Origin: Eubacteriales bacterium
Lineage (GTDB): Bacteria; Bacillota; Clostridia; Lachnospirales; JAITVM01
DNA: 64,000 nucleotides
Assembly (NCBI GenBank): GCA_031551135.1
Contig: JAVBOA010000015.1
Span: 18,814-82,813, forward strand
Direction: 5' to 3'
Made by a program: the position numbers and the translations under genes. Of this stretch, positions 25,121 to 34,875 are shown one piece after another (the stretch's first letter is position 1; each line of letters starts with the position of its first letter). The notes beneath the pieces were generated by a model. That model was not told the origin of the DNA. It did not search any database and was given only the letters and a program-made list of their open reading frames with translations.

Positions 25121-26980
25121 TTATCTTCTATAATTATTTTTTGCTCTTCGAGTTATCGAATTCAAATTAGTATTACTGTTTGATTGTAAACTATTATATC
25201 TATATTTTCTTCGTGCTTTCTTTTTATTATTATAAACAACAATATATGAAAGCCCAAACAATATAAACAAAAGCATCAGAAGCGTCGCTGTTGAGGAATT
25301 CGAAGATTTATTTTTTATAGGTAAATCTGATTCGCTTAAAACAGAATCTCCGAAATTAGTTTGCTGAATAGCACTGCTGTTGTTTTCTGCCAATGTTACC
25401 GGCGGAATGGAGGTATTTGGTGTATCGGAAGAAAACAATTGCGCTTCTTCTGTATTCAGTTCAGGAGCATTTTTAGAAGCAACAATATCGTTTTCAACAG
25501 TATTTGCACCGGCTCCGTTTTGTTCAGTTGGCTTTTGAGTGCTTTCAGTCGTTCCCGGCGTAACCTCTGAAGAAGCTTTAGGCTTTTCATTGACAGAGCT
25601 TTTTCTGCTGACAGTTATCTTAGGCATAGGAACATTTTCCATATTATCCTCGACAAAAGGCGGAATTGTAACATTTTCCGGTATTTCGTAGCTGATGGTA
25701 TTGCTGACAGATTCGGACACACTGAACGAAGTGGTTTCCTCTACAGCTTTGTTATCCAAGTTTACTACAAAAATCGTGGATACATTTGTGCGCCTGTCAA
25801 TATTCAATCCGGGTACAGAATTTGAATATGCCTTTGTTTCTACCACTAAATCGCGCGTGATATTGTCTTTATTTTTATTAAAAATATAATTATATGCAAC
25901 CGAATATTTATCGTAAGTTTCCTTATCCATTTTTGCATATTCTATTTTTGATTTATCGTTGGTCTTAATATAAAATGTAAACATCGGCAATTCTTCGCCG
26001 TTTTTATTCTTTTTAAAATTAATGGGAACATATTTTTCCACAAATTTATAAGACATATTCGGTGTCAAACCGAAATCAAAATTATATTTGTAGAAATAAT
26101 TTATCAGCTCTCCAAAATTATCGCGCAGGCCGCCGCCGTATTTCTCTATTTCGACAGGGAAACAACCGAGGATTTCCTCGTTTCCGATATCCAAAGAGTT
26201 CGGATATATTATTTTAACCCATTCTTTTGTATCCTCTTGTAAAACAAAAAGTTCAAAATATGCAGTATTGTTTGTATCAAAAAACTCTTCGCCTATCGGT
26301 AAAAGTCCGTCGCTGTTATAACTGCTCGCTCTGTTGTGAAGAATTAATTTATTTGTCGTAGATACATTAAAATTGTAATAGTAAGTTCTTTGGTCTTTAT
26401 AGTCTTTCCTAACGCTGCCGTCGGGTTCATAAGATTGCGCTGCCGGGTCATACATTATGCCGGTATTAAGTTCAAAATTCTGCTTAAAATTACTCGTGTT
26501 AATAGCTTCAAAAACGCCTTTTGTGTCGATTTTAAACCTGATTTTACCCGGGTTATAATAGCCGTCGTCCGCAGATATTACTTGATATATTTCATAATAT
26601 CCGGGCGTTGCTTCATAAATATCCGGAGAAATACCTTTATAAGCCGTAGAACCTTTATCAGAAGTAAAGGCTTCATGGACTTCTTTTAGTATCGTCGGTT
26701 CAAAATCATAGGTGCTTAAAGGCTTCGTAAATTCGCTGTCCTCATATTTCACTAAAGTGTACCGAGCACCTTTTACGCCGACTTCGTAATTTGACAAAGA
26801 CGCAGCAATCCGTATATGGTGAGATCTACCAATATCAAATTTCACATTGTCCGCGTAGACAATTTCGTTAGAATAAAAGAAAAGCATAACAAATACTATA
26901 ATCAATGTGTTTAGCTTTAGCCTATACATCAAAAACAGCAAAAACAACAAGGCGAGAAAGCCTTGCAGAAATATTAGCAT
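25121..26980 (-). CDS. Cell-surface protein with Cna-B/prealbumin-like domain, Ser/Pro/Thr/Glu-rich stalk and C-terminal TM anchor
   Basis: Start set to ATG 26980, 7 nt after GGGGGAGGGGG. Contains KGARYTLVKYED...ATPGYYEIYQVISADDGYY. The C-terminal TM plus basic tail replaces an LPXTG motif. Confidence 0.7.
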   Translation of the reverse strand: MLIFLQGFLALLFLLFLMYRLKLNTLIIVFVMLFFYSNEIVYADNVKFDIGRSHHIRIAASLSNYEVGVKGARYTLVKYEDSEFTKPLSTYDFEPTILKEVHEAFTSDKGSTAYKGISPDIYEATPGYYEIYQVISADDGYYNPGKIRFKIDTKGVFEAINTSNFKQNFELNTGIMYDPAAQSYEPDGSVRKDYKDQRTYYYNFNVSTTNKLILHNRASSYNSDGLLPIGEEFFDTNNTAYFELFVLQEDTKEWVKIIYPNSLDIGNEEILGCFPVEIEKYGGGLRDNFGELINYFYKYNFDFGLTPNMSYKFVEKYVPINFKKNKNGEELPMFTFYIKTNDKSKIEYAKMDKETYDKYSVAYNYIFNKNKDNITRDLVVETKAYSNSVPGLNIDRRTNVSTIFVVNLDNKAVEETTSFSVSESVSNTISYEIPENVTIPPFVEDNMENVPMPKITVSRKSSVNEKPKASSEVTPGTTESTQKPTEQNGAGANTVENDIVASKNAPELNTEEAQLFSSDTPNTSIPPVTLAENNSSAIQQTNFGDSVLSESDLPIKNKSSNSSTATLLMLLFILFGLSYIVVYNNKKKARRKYRYNSLQSNSNTNLNSITRRAKNNYRR

Positions 26981-27140
26981 TTTCAAGCCCCCTCCCCCGA
27001 TAAAAGCTTATGCTAGTTTTTTTCAGACTGCTATCATCTTATATCTGAGTATAAATATTAAACACATCACAGGGATAACAAAAAATGTACAAAGAAAATT
27101 GAAAATCATGTGTTTTTTAGATAATTTCTTTATAATTATT

Positions 27141-27350
27141 TTATTTTGATTTTTTTGTAATTTTTCCGAAAAATAAAGCTATATAGGCGATTATGACTAT
27201 AGATACAATTATAATAAGCGTTGTATGTTGTTTTGAATCCGAAAAAACCGTTGTTTTTAAATCCACACAAAAAAATAAAAACCCACAAATAATTGCAGGT
27301 TTTATATAAATGTAATCAAATTTTATTTTTATGTCGTTACGACAAAGCAT
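27141..27350 (-). CDS. Small two-TM membrane protein
   Basis: 69-aa ORF starting 9 nt after the stop of the upstream 55-aa ORF. Two hydrophobic segments. No similarity recognised. Confidence 0.35.
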   Translation of the reverse strand: MLCRNDIKIKFDYIYIKPAIICGFLFFCVDLKTTVFSDSKQHTTLIIIVSIVIIAYIALFFGKITKKSK

Positions 27351-27358
27351 TAAATTGT

Positions 27359-27526
27359 TTAAATCCCCATATCGTTTACAATAAATGAACTTTGGCTTGC
27401 GCTGAGTTTATGTTCTTCAATTAGATTTCTTTGTGCGCGGAGATTTCCAAAGTAAATCGAAGCGCATAGAATAATCGAAATCACAAGGAATACTAAAGAC
27501 GAAAATAAAATTTTATTTTCCGGCAT
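27359..27526 (-). CDS. Small membrane protein (55 aa, below ORF-track cutoff)
   Basis: Translated by hand: MPENKILFSSLVFLVISIILCASIYFGNLRAQRNLIEEHKLSASQSSFIVNDMGI. GGGGGG lies 8 nt upstream of the ATG. Confidence 0.4.
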   Translation of the reverse strand: MPENKILFSSLVFLVISIILCASIYFGNLRAQRNLIEEHKLSASQSSFIVNDMGI

Positions 27527-27610
27527 AAAAAAATCCCCCCGATATATTATATTTTTAGCTTTATTTATATATCGGAGGTTTATGTATAAAACTTAATACA
27601 AATTTAAAAT

Positions 27611-28549
27611 TTATTTTTTTAAAACAATATCGCTTATTTGTTTGTTTTTTACAATCAGGTCAGGATAGTCGGTGATAATTCCGTCAACACCCATGTTCAG
27701 CAAATTTATTATCGCATGTTCGTCGTTTACCGTCCAAACGTATAACGGCTTTTTTTCTGCTTTCATTTGTGCTACAAAAGCCGGATTTACAACAACTCGA
27801 TATGCAGAAATAAAATCAATATTTTTATTTTTAAGCTGCGCCGGTAAATTAGCCATCGATTCTTCATTTATTAAATAACCCATTATATAATCGGAATATT
27901 TTTTATGCATTTCTTCTACATGCGCATAGTTGAAGGACTGAAAATAAATGTTTTCTTTTGGAGAAACAGCGAATTTTTTAACTACCTCCATTGTTTTGTC
28001 AACTACAGAAGTCGTTTCATAACCGTGCTGTTTGTAATCAATAACCAAGCCGATTTTTCCGTTGCAATGCTTAATTATTTCTTCCAAAGAACTGATGTAT
28101 CCGGTTGCATTATTCTGATGCAAAGGGATTGCCTTTAATTCGGCATATGTTAAAGCGCTAACCGCCAAATTTTTTCCTGCTAATCTGTCTAAATAGCCAT
28201 CGTGCATTACAATCGGAACAGAGTCTTTCGTCAGAATAACATCGATTTCGGCAAACTTTGCTTTTGCGGCAACGGCCGCATCGATAGCAGCAATCGTATT
28301 TTCTACACCGACATTTCCGCAGCCCCTATGTCCGATTATAAACGGAGCTACCGGAGCAGGCTTGTCTGTTTCCAAAATTACAGCCGAGCTTTGTTTATTT
28401 TTATCCGCATTTATTTTTTCTTTTTTGGCCAAGTCTTCCATTTTGACGTATTTAACGGGTGCGAAACCTGATGACAAAGTGATAATCACAATCGAAGATA
28501 ATATGCACAAAACAGCTTTATTAAATCGTTTTATAAAAATCCCTCCCAT
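27611..28549 (-). CDS. Glycerophosphodiester phosphodiesterase (membrane-anchored)
   Basis: N-terminal TM, then GDPD motifs IIGHRGCG..ENT, AEIDVILTKDSVPIVMHD and GVDGIITDYP. Confidence 0.9.
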   Translation of the reverse strand: MGGIFIKRFNKAVLCILSSIVIITLSSGFAPVKYVKMEDLAKKEKINADKNKQSSAVILETDKPAPVAPFIIGHRGCGNVGVENTIAAIDAAVAAKAKFAEIDVILTKDSVPIVMHDGYLDRLAGKNLAVSALTYAELKAIPLHQNNATGYISSLEEIIKHCNGKIGLVIDYKQHGYETTSVVDKTMEVVKKFAVSPKENIYFQSFNYAHVEEMHKKYSDYIMGYLINEESMANLPAQLKNKNIDFISAYRVVVNPAFVAQMKAEKKPLYVWTVNDEHAIINLLNMGVDGIITDYPDLIVKNKQISDIVLKK

Positions 28550-28687
28550 AAAAATTTGAAAATCGTCTCAAAATAGCTGATGAATTGAATTTCAAATCTT
28601 GCTCAGTCAATTTCAATAATAGTTTATTAGACTTACATTTATTTCGTCAAATGATGGGATAAAGTAAAGTGTCCAAATTATGCAAAT

Positions 28688-29530
28688 CTAAGCGTTTGCC
28701 GGCATGGCGGCAAAAAAGTTGCTTACAAGTAAATCAAATTCAATATTTTTTTCGATCTGGGGGTTATGGCCGCAGTTCTCAAAAATATGTAAGGAGGCGT
28801 TTTTATAATTTTCGTAAATTTTCAAACAATCCTTATATCCAACTCTTGAATCATTTCTGGCAAGCAAAAAAAGTGTTTTAAATTCGTAAAAATCATCATA
28901 CACCTCGAAAGAAAATCCATAACCTTTTAGGCGGATCTTTTTCAAAAAAACATTGTCGGTGATTAAAATCGCCTCGTAAATTTCGGCTAAATAACGCTTG
29001 AAATTCGTTTCCGTATGAATTACAAAATCCTTACGGAATAAATCAAATTCACGGGTTTTTGAAGAAAAACCGCCGAACTCAATTTCGTGTTTCGGAAGAT
29101 CACGTTCTTTTCTATCCGGAATAATGCAAGGGCAAATCATAACTAAACCGGATATCCTCTCCGGCATAAACTTTGCGATTCCGGCGGCGATATATGCACC
29201 GAACGAATGCGCCGCGATTATAAATTTTCCGTTTATGTTCTGCTCAATGAAATCCAATAAATAATTGAGCAAATCGTCCATACTGTTAATATTTTTTTCG
29301 GCTTCAGATTTTCCCATGCCCGGCAAATCAATATAAAATCTTTTATATGGCAATTCGGATAATATATTTTCCATAGAATTGAATAAAGAGCGGTGGTCGG
29401 CATAAAATCCATGTATAATCAGTACAGGAAAGCCTTCGCCTATAATTTTACAATAAATTTGTATCACACCTTTTTCAAATTTCCAACAATAATCCGACAG
29501 GGCAGTGGTCAGAACCGAAAATTTTGTCAA
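28688..29530 (-). CDS. Alpha/beta hydrolase
   Basis: HGF oxyanion region VLIIHGF, nucleophile elbow AAHSFGAY, C-terminal GHNPQIE. The TTG 29530 start overlaps xth by 56 nt, so the true start is probably further downstream and is unresolved. Confidence 0.75.
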   Translation of the reverse strand: MTKFSVLTTALSDYCWKFEKGVIQIYCKIIGEGFPVLIIHGFYADHRSLFNSMENILSELPYKRFYIDLPGMGKSEAEKNINSMDDLLNYLLDFIEQNINGKFIIAAHSFGAYIAAGIAKFMPERISGLVMICPCIIPDRKERDLPKHEIEFGGFSSKTREFDLFRKDFVIHTETNFKRYLAEIYEAILITDNVFLKKIRLKGYGFSFEVYDDFYEFKTLFLLARNDSRVGYKDCLKIYENYKNASLHIFENCGHNPQIEKNIEFDLLVSNFFAAMPANA

Positions 29531-30230
29531 AAATCAAAGAATCTGTAATTTTATCATTTATTCTGTCGGAAACTACAAAATAATCTATACGCCAACCGGC
29601 ATTTGTGCCGCGCGCGTTCCGCATATAAGACCACCAGCTGTAGCGTTCCTTTGTGTCGGGATACAGATGTCGAAACGTATCCGTGAAGCCGGCTTCTAAA
29701 GCTGCAGAAAATTTATTGCGCTCCTCGATTGTAAATCCTGCGTTTTTTGTGTTCGTTTTGGGATTTTTTAAATCGATTTCTTTATGAGCTACATTCAAAT
29801 CTCCGCAATAAACAATTGGTTTTTTCTTGTCCAATTTTTTAATATATTTCAAAAAATCGTCTTCCCATTTCATTCTGTAATCCAAACGCTCGAGTTCACG
29901 CTTCGAATTAGGCGTATATATATTTATCAAAAAAAACTTTTCAAATTCCAGAGTTATAACCCGACCCTCTTTGTCATGTTCCTCAATTCCGATTCCATAT
30001 GTTACATTTAGCGGTTTAATTTTAGTAAAAACAGCCGTTCCCGAATAACCTTTTTTTTCGGCCGAGTTCCAGTATTCGTAATAATTTTCAAAACTAAAAT
30101 CCGCTTGTTCTCTTTGCATTTTCGTTTCCTGAACGCAAAATATATCGGCATTTATTTCTTTAAAAAAATCCATAAAGCCTTTTTCCATACAAGCCCGCAA
30201 TCCGTTTACATTCCAAGAAATTAAATTCAT
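29475..30230 (-). CDS. xth: Exodeoxyribonuclease III
   Basis: [13 protein letters not shown]...CVQETK...GDLNVAH...SDHCPV. Start set to ATG 30230 after the GGAGG RBS (the track start TTG 30242 lies within the RBS). Confidence 0.9.
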   Translation of the reverse strand: MNLISWNVNGLRACMEKGFMDFFKEINADIFCVQETKMQREQADFSFENYYEYWNSAEKKGYSGTAVFTKIKPLNVTYGIGIEEHDKEGRVITLEFEKFFLINIYTPNSKRELERLDYRMKWEDDFLKYIKKLDKKKPIVYCGDLNVAHKEIDLKNPKTNTKNAGFTIEERNKFSAALEAGFTDTFRHLYPDTKERYSWWSYMRNARGTNAGWRIDYFVVSDRINDKITDSLIFDKIFGSDHCPVGLLLEI

Positions 30231-30385
30231 TTCTACCTCCAATTCTCTAACACATTTGTCTTATGTCGTATCAACAGTGAGTAAAATTTTGTTGTCTAAA
30301 TTGATTCGTCAAATATTTTTTAGAAATTTTTGGCGAATCAATAAGCTTTATTTTACTATGCCTTTGGCTGTAAATCAACTAAAAA

Positions 30386-30411
30386 TAAAAAAACCTTCCT
30401 CAGTGGGAAGG
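30386..30411 (-). terminator. Orphan minus-strand intrinsic terminator in the AT-rich island
   Basis: On the minus strand, CCTTCC-cactga-GGAAGG is followed by TTTTTTAT. No convincing minus-strand gene lies upstream of it. Confidence 0.6.
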
Positions 30412-31033
30412 CTTGTAGCTCTGTTGATTTTTATTTATCGCCACTAAATGTAAAAGTTAAATTTTATTTAATTTTCTATGTTAAATCGAGCCTGATTTTT
30501 ATTTTCTTTCATTTTTTATTTTGATTACATTTAGTTTTTCGAGAAAAATGTAAACATTTAGAGTGATTTAACGACGAAAAATAACAAAAAATATGACCTA
30601 TGTAATCTTGCGATTTCAATAGAACATTCGTGCTATTACATAAAAATGAATGAAATTTTATTTTTATTTTATAAATATTGACAGATATTCAAATTAAAGG
30701 TGTCATAATGATAGGATAAAACTTAAATATGAATCACTATAATTTATATGATTTACTATTTATTAATGTAATTAATGATAGTTAAATAGTGATTAATATT
30801 TATTGATGGATTTGTGAGGTTTTTATGATTGATAAAAATGGAGTTTTTTCGGGATAGGTAATTTTTGTAATGAAATTGTAATTGTCTTTATGTTAAAATT
30901 AGGATAAAATGAAGTTGTACTGGGTTACAGTATTTTGCTTTATATTGATGCTAGAACTGATACTTCATATTTACAATGTGATTCTGCCTTGCTTCGATTC
31001 GTACTATGTAGAAGTGAAAAGGAGGTCATAACC

Positions 31034-31348
31034 ATGAAAGTTGAGAAAACGAAAGATTGGTTGGAGCTATTTATTTTGCTCCAGAGCTTAGAAGATACTT
31101 TGGCCAAGCTTAATATCGGACATACTTTACTTTTGCTAATGATTGTAATCATCTTTGCAAACTTGGATTTTGACGAAATTATTAACTGCATTAAAAAAGA
31201 AAGCTCGCTCCTGAGAAAACGATGCTTTCTTACCAAAATTTCAATATGGATTTTGGTTTTACAACTTGGCAGTTGTTATTTTGTGCAGATTATTAGCTAC
31301 ACTCTACTATTCTATCTCTTAATGTTGGTTTTTGCAATAACTTTATGA
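31034..31348 (+). CDS. Hypothetical small membrane protein in AT-rich island
   Basis: Perfect RBS AAAGGAGG 7 nt upstream of ATG 31034. 104 aa with 2-3 hydrophobic segments. No family recognised. Confidence 0.45.
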   Translation: MKVEKTKDWLELFILLQSLEDTLAKLNIGHTLLLLMIVIIFANLDFDEIINCIKKESSLLRKRCFLTKISIWILVLQLGSCYFVQIISYTLLFYLLMLVFAITL

Positions 31349-31567
31349 TGACAAATTCATAAAATATCGACAAACGAAAGTATACTCGACCTTTGAGTAT
31401 ACTTTCATTGCCACAAGATGAATAAAAAGCAAAATATCTTTCTAATTATTAAAAATGTATAAATGATTTTTGTTCATCTAAAAATTTCATTTTACGGTAA
31501 CACAAGTATAAAAACTAAATTTAATTATACAAAAGATTAATAAATTTTACATGGAGGTTGATTAAAG

Positions 31568-32941
31568 TTGGATTTTGCAAAAAAAGGGTTTGAAACTTTG
31601 GAAGATATGGCTAAAGAAAGAAGTCTTAATCTTAAGGTTCTGGATTTTATAAGACAGCTCTCGTTTGATAAATCTTTAGCGGCGAAAGACACAAGTTATA
31701 AAATAAGCAAATCTTTGATAAAAAGTACATTCAATGTTACTTATACGACTGTTCGAAAAACTATTGAAAATTTAATTAAGGATGATTTACTAATTACGGA
31801 CGATAAGGACGAATTTAGAATTAACACTGAATTTGCATATTTTCTTGGAATAGTAATTGGTACGAGTCATATTAAGGTTTCGCTGGTCAATTTTGCTTTT
31901 GAATACATGGATAAAAATTCCATTAATTCTATTTTTGAGAAGCATAAAGTTGGTAGAATCTTTGATGACGAAGGACAAATGGTATTTGAAAATAAATTGA
32001 CGGGCAAAATTGAAAAGTATATTTTCGAAAATGAGCTTGATGAGTTTGGCTTTTGTATAAAAACTCCGGATAATTTGGATGACACAAGCAAAATACTGAT
32101 AGATGTATTAGAAATCTTTACTACTGCTGCAAAAAATGGCTTTCGGCTCATGTCTATAGGTATTGCTTTTCCTGGAGCGGTTGATATTGAGAACAGAAAA
32201 GTAGTAAACTGTTATAATTTGTCATTTTTGAATGCTTTTTGTATGAGAAATATATTGACAAAAGATATTAAAGAGGCTTTAGAGTTACTTAATATAGATA
32301 TTTTCTTTGAACATAATTCGAAATCCGCAGCAATTGGTGAGAAATTTTATCTTTATAAAAACGATAGTCAATTTAAAAAGTCTAAAAATATTATTACCTT
32401 ATTCTTGTCGACAGGTTTTTCATCCGCATTGATTTTAGATAATAAAATTTTCAGAGGCGCCAATAATCTATCCGGTGAAATTGGCCATTTGCAAATGATT
32501 GACTTTCCTGAGAAAGGCAAAATAAACGAATCTTGCACTTGCGGAAAAGATAAGTGTGTTGAACTATATGTCCGTAATGAGATTTTTGAAATGACATTAG
32601 ATAATTATAAAAATATGGATATTAAAGTTTTGGAAGAAAAACTAATTAGTAGTGAAGAAAAAAAACAAAAGCTTGCAATCGTAATCGCGAAACTTATAAA
32701 TGATACTTCGGCATTAATTAATCCCGATTTAGTAATTTTAACAGGAAAAATTTCGCGCTTTTATGAGTATATTTCGGTTAATATAAAAAACAAATTGGAT
32801 GAAATTTCATTACCTTTTATTAAAGATAATTATAATATATGTACTTCTTCGCTCTGTCACTATTCGCCAAGTGTCGGCGCGGCTATTTCTTCTTATTACC
32901 AATGCCTAAAAGAAGATATTGTTTGGTATGATGTAAAATGA
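31568..32941 (+). CDS. ROK family transcriptional regulator (N-terminal wHTH + ROK sugar-binding/kinase fold)
   Basis: TTG start with GGAGGT RBS. ROK blocks GIAFPGAVD and SGEIGHLQM plus the zinc cluster CTCGKDKC. Confidence 0.85.
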   Translation: MDFAKKGFETLEDMAKERSLNLKVLDFIRQLSFDKSLAAKDTSYKISKSLIKSTFNVTYTTVRKTIENLIKDDLLITDDKDEFRINTEFAYFLGIVIGTSHIKVSLVNFAFEYMDKNSINSIFEKHKVGRIFDDEGQMVFENKLTGKIEKYIFENELDEFGFCIKTPDNLDDTSKILIDVLEIFTTAAKNGFRLMSIGIAFPGAVDIENRKVVNCYNLSFLNAFCMRNILTKDIKEALELLNIDIFFEHNSKSAAIGEKFYLYKNDSQFKKSKNIITLFLSTGFSSALILDNKIFRGANNLSGEIGHLQMIDFPEKGKINESCTCGKDKCVELYVRNEIFEMTLDNYKNMDIKVLEEKLISSEEKKQKLAIVIAKLINDTSALINPDLVILTGKISRFYEYISVNIKNKLDEISLPFIKDNYNICTSSLCHYSPSVGAAISSYYQCLKEDIVWYDVK

Positions 32942-32942
32942 T

Positions 32943-32980
32943 AAAAAATGCCGGATTAATTCTCCGGCACTTTTTCTTTT
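32943..32980. terminator. Bidirectional terminator between the ROK regulator gene and kdgK
   Basis: TGCCGGA-ttaattc-TCCGGCA flanked by A6 and TTTTTCTTTT. Confidence 0.8.
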
Positions 32981-33015
32981 CAAGTGAATAATCTAAAAAT
33001 ATTGACAACTTAAAC

Positions 33016-34038
33016 TTATCTCTGCACACGCCCGGAGCCGTCACCTTTTGCAAGCGTATTAACTTCTTCAACACTGACTCTGTTATAATCGCCTTCAATC
33101 GAATGTTTTAGGCAGGAAGCGGCAACCGCAAATTCTACAGCGTCTTTAGGTGTAAAATCGTTTACAAAAGAATAAATCAAGCCTGCGCCGAAAGAATCGC
33201 CGCCGCCAACGCGGTCAACGATACGTACATCATAAGATTTGCTGAAATTATAATCATTTCCGTCGTATAATAAAGCCGCCCATTTGTTGTCATTTGCGCT
33301 CAATGAGGTTCTGAGCGTGATTGCTACATATTTGAAATTGAATTTATCTTTAAGCTGTTTTGCTACGTCTTTATATCCGTCGTGCTCAAGTTTTCCGGAA
33401 GTAACATCATTGTTTTCCGGCTTAATTCCGAAAACATCGGCGGCATCTTCTTCGTTAGCGATAACAACATCAACGTATTGCATTAAATTCGTCATCACTT
33501 GACAGGCTTTTTCTTTTGACCATAATTTTTTGCGGTAATTGAGGTCGCAGGAAACAGTGATATTTTTGGCTTTTGCGGCTTTACATGCCTCGGCGCAAAT
33601 TTCAGCCATTTCATCTGATAACGCCGGAGTTATGCCCGTAAAATGAAACCACACAGCTCCTTCAAAAATTTCTTCCCAATTGAAATCTTCTTTCTTGGCG
33701 GTAGAAATGGAAGAGCCTGCTCTATCATAAATAACTTTTGAGGCACGCTGAGAAGCGCCTTTCTCCAAAAAATAAATTCCGACTCTATCGCCGCCGCGGG
33801 CGATTTTTGAAGTATCTACGCCGAAACTTCTGAGGTCATTTACGGCGCATTGACCGATATCATGTTTAGGTAATTTTGTAACGAAACGTGCGTCAATTCC
33901 GAAATTCGCAAGTGATACGGCAACGTTGGCTTCGCCGCCGCCGAAAGTAGCTTGAAATTTATCCGATTGAAAAAATCTTAAATAGCCTTCTGGAGCAAGT
34001 CTTAACATAATTTCGCCGAAAGTTACAACTTTTTTCAT
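33016..34038 (-). CDS. kdgK: 2-dehydro-3-deoxygluconokinase (PfkB family)
   Basis: VVTFGEIMLRL, GGGEANVAV, and C-terminal DRVGGGDSFGAGLIY. Sits in a kduID-eda context. Confidence 0.9.
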   Translation of the reverse strand: MKKVVTFGEIMLRLAPEGYLRFFQSDKFQATFGGGEANVAVSLANFGIDARFVTKLPKHDIGQCAVNDLRSFGVDTSKIARGGDRVGIYFLEKGASQRASKVIYDRAGSSISTAKKEDFNWEEIFEGAVWFHFTGITPALSDEMAEICAEACKAAKAKNITVSCDLNYRKKLWSKEKACQVMTNLMQYVDVVIANEEDAADVFGIKPENNDVTSGKLEHDGYKDVAKQLKDKFNFKYVAITLRTSLSANDNKWAALLYDGNDYNFSKSYDVRIVDRVGGGDSFGAGLIYSFVNDFTPKDAVEFAVAASCLKHSIEGDYNRVSVEEVNTLAKGDGSGRVQR

Positions 34039-34068
34039 AATAATCCTCCTGTATTATAAAATACTATA

Positions 34069-34860
34069 TCAAGGTTGTTTGCCGATATAAGCAAGTATAC
34101 CGCCGTCAACATATAAAATATGACCGTTTACAAAATCAGAAGCACTTGATGCCAAAAAAATCGCCGGACCGGCTAAATCTTCGGCTTCGCCCCAGCGCGC
34201 GGCAGGAGTTTTTGCGATAATAAATTTGTCGAACGGATGCTGCGACCCGTCGGGCTGAGTTTCACGAAGCGGAGCTGTTTGCGGCGTGGCAATATATCCG
34301 GGACCGATTCCGTTGCATTGAATATTAAATTCGCCGTATTCGGAAGCGATATTTTTAGTAAGCATTTTCAGACCGCCTTTTGCGGCAGCGTATGCCGAAA
34401 CGGTTTCACGTCCCAATTCGCTCATCATAGAGCAGATATTAATAATTTTTCCGTGACCTTTTTTAATCATTGAAGGCAAAACCGCTTTGGCAACGATAAA
34501 AGGCGCGTTTAAATCCACATCTACAACCTGCCTGAAATCCGCCGCTGACATTTCTACCATCGGGATTCGCTTTATTATACCGGCGTTATTTACAAGTATA
34601 TCGATAACTCCGATTTCTTCCTCGATTTTTTTGACCATTTCGTTTACTTGATCTTCGTTTGTTACATCACAAACATAAGCTTTTACGTCGATTCCGGCGG
34701 CTTTGTAATTTTCAAGACCTTTGTCCACAGATTCTTGTTTGCTGGCGTTAAAAACTATAGTCGCACCGGCTTCATAAAGAGCTTTTGCGATAGCAAATCC
34801 GATTCCGTAACATGCGCCTGTTACCAAAGCGATTTTTCCGTCTAGCCTAAACATATCCAT
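34069..34860 (-). CDS. kduD: SDR oxidoreductase, KduD / gluconate 5-dehydrogenase-like
   Basis: TGACYGIGFA, NNAG, catalytic YAAAKGG, TPAARWG, DFVNGHILYVDGG. Adjacent to kduI. Confidence 0.8.
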   Translation of the reverse strand: MDMFRLDGKIALVTGACYGIGFAIAKALYEAGATIVFNASKQESVDKGLENYKAAGIDVKAYVCDVTNEDQVNEMVKKIEEEIGVIDILVNNAGIIKRIPMVEMSAADFRQVVDVDLNAPFIVAKAVLPSMIKKGHGKIINICSMMSELGRETVSAYAAAKGGLKMLTKNIASEYGEFNIQCNGIGPGYIATPQTAPLRETQPDGSQHPFDKFIIAKTPAARWGEAEDLAGPAIFLASSASDFVNGHILYVDGGILAYIGKQP

Positions 34861-34875
34861 CTAAATTACCATCCT

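Noticed and set aside
29466-29530. 56-nt overlap between the alpha/beta hydrolase ORF and xth as a real overlapping-gene arrangement.
   Set aside because: The TTG at 29530 has no RBS, and homologous hydrolases start near the ..[18 protein letters not shown] region. A downstream non-ATG start (for example GTG 29466) is more likely, but I cannot resolve it.
30243-31567. Calling the AT-rich island a prophage remnant or genomic island.
   Set aside because: No integrase, transposase, att-like direct repeats or tRNA gene is visible. Composition alone is insufficient.
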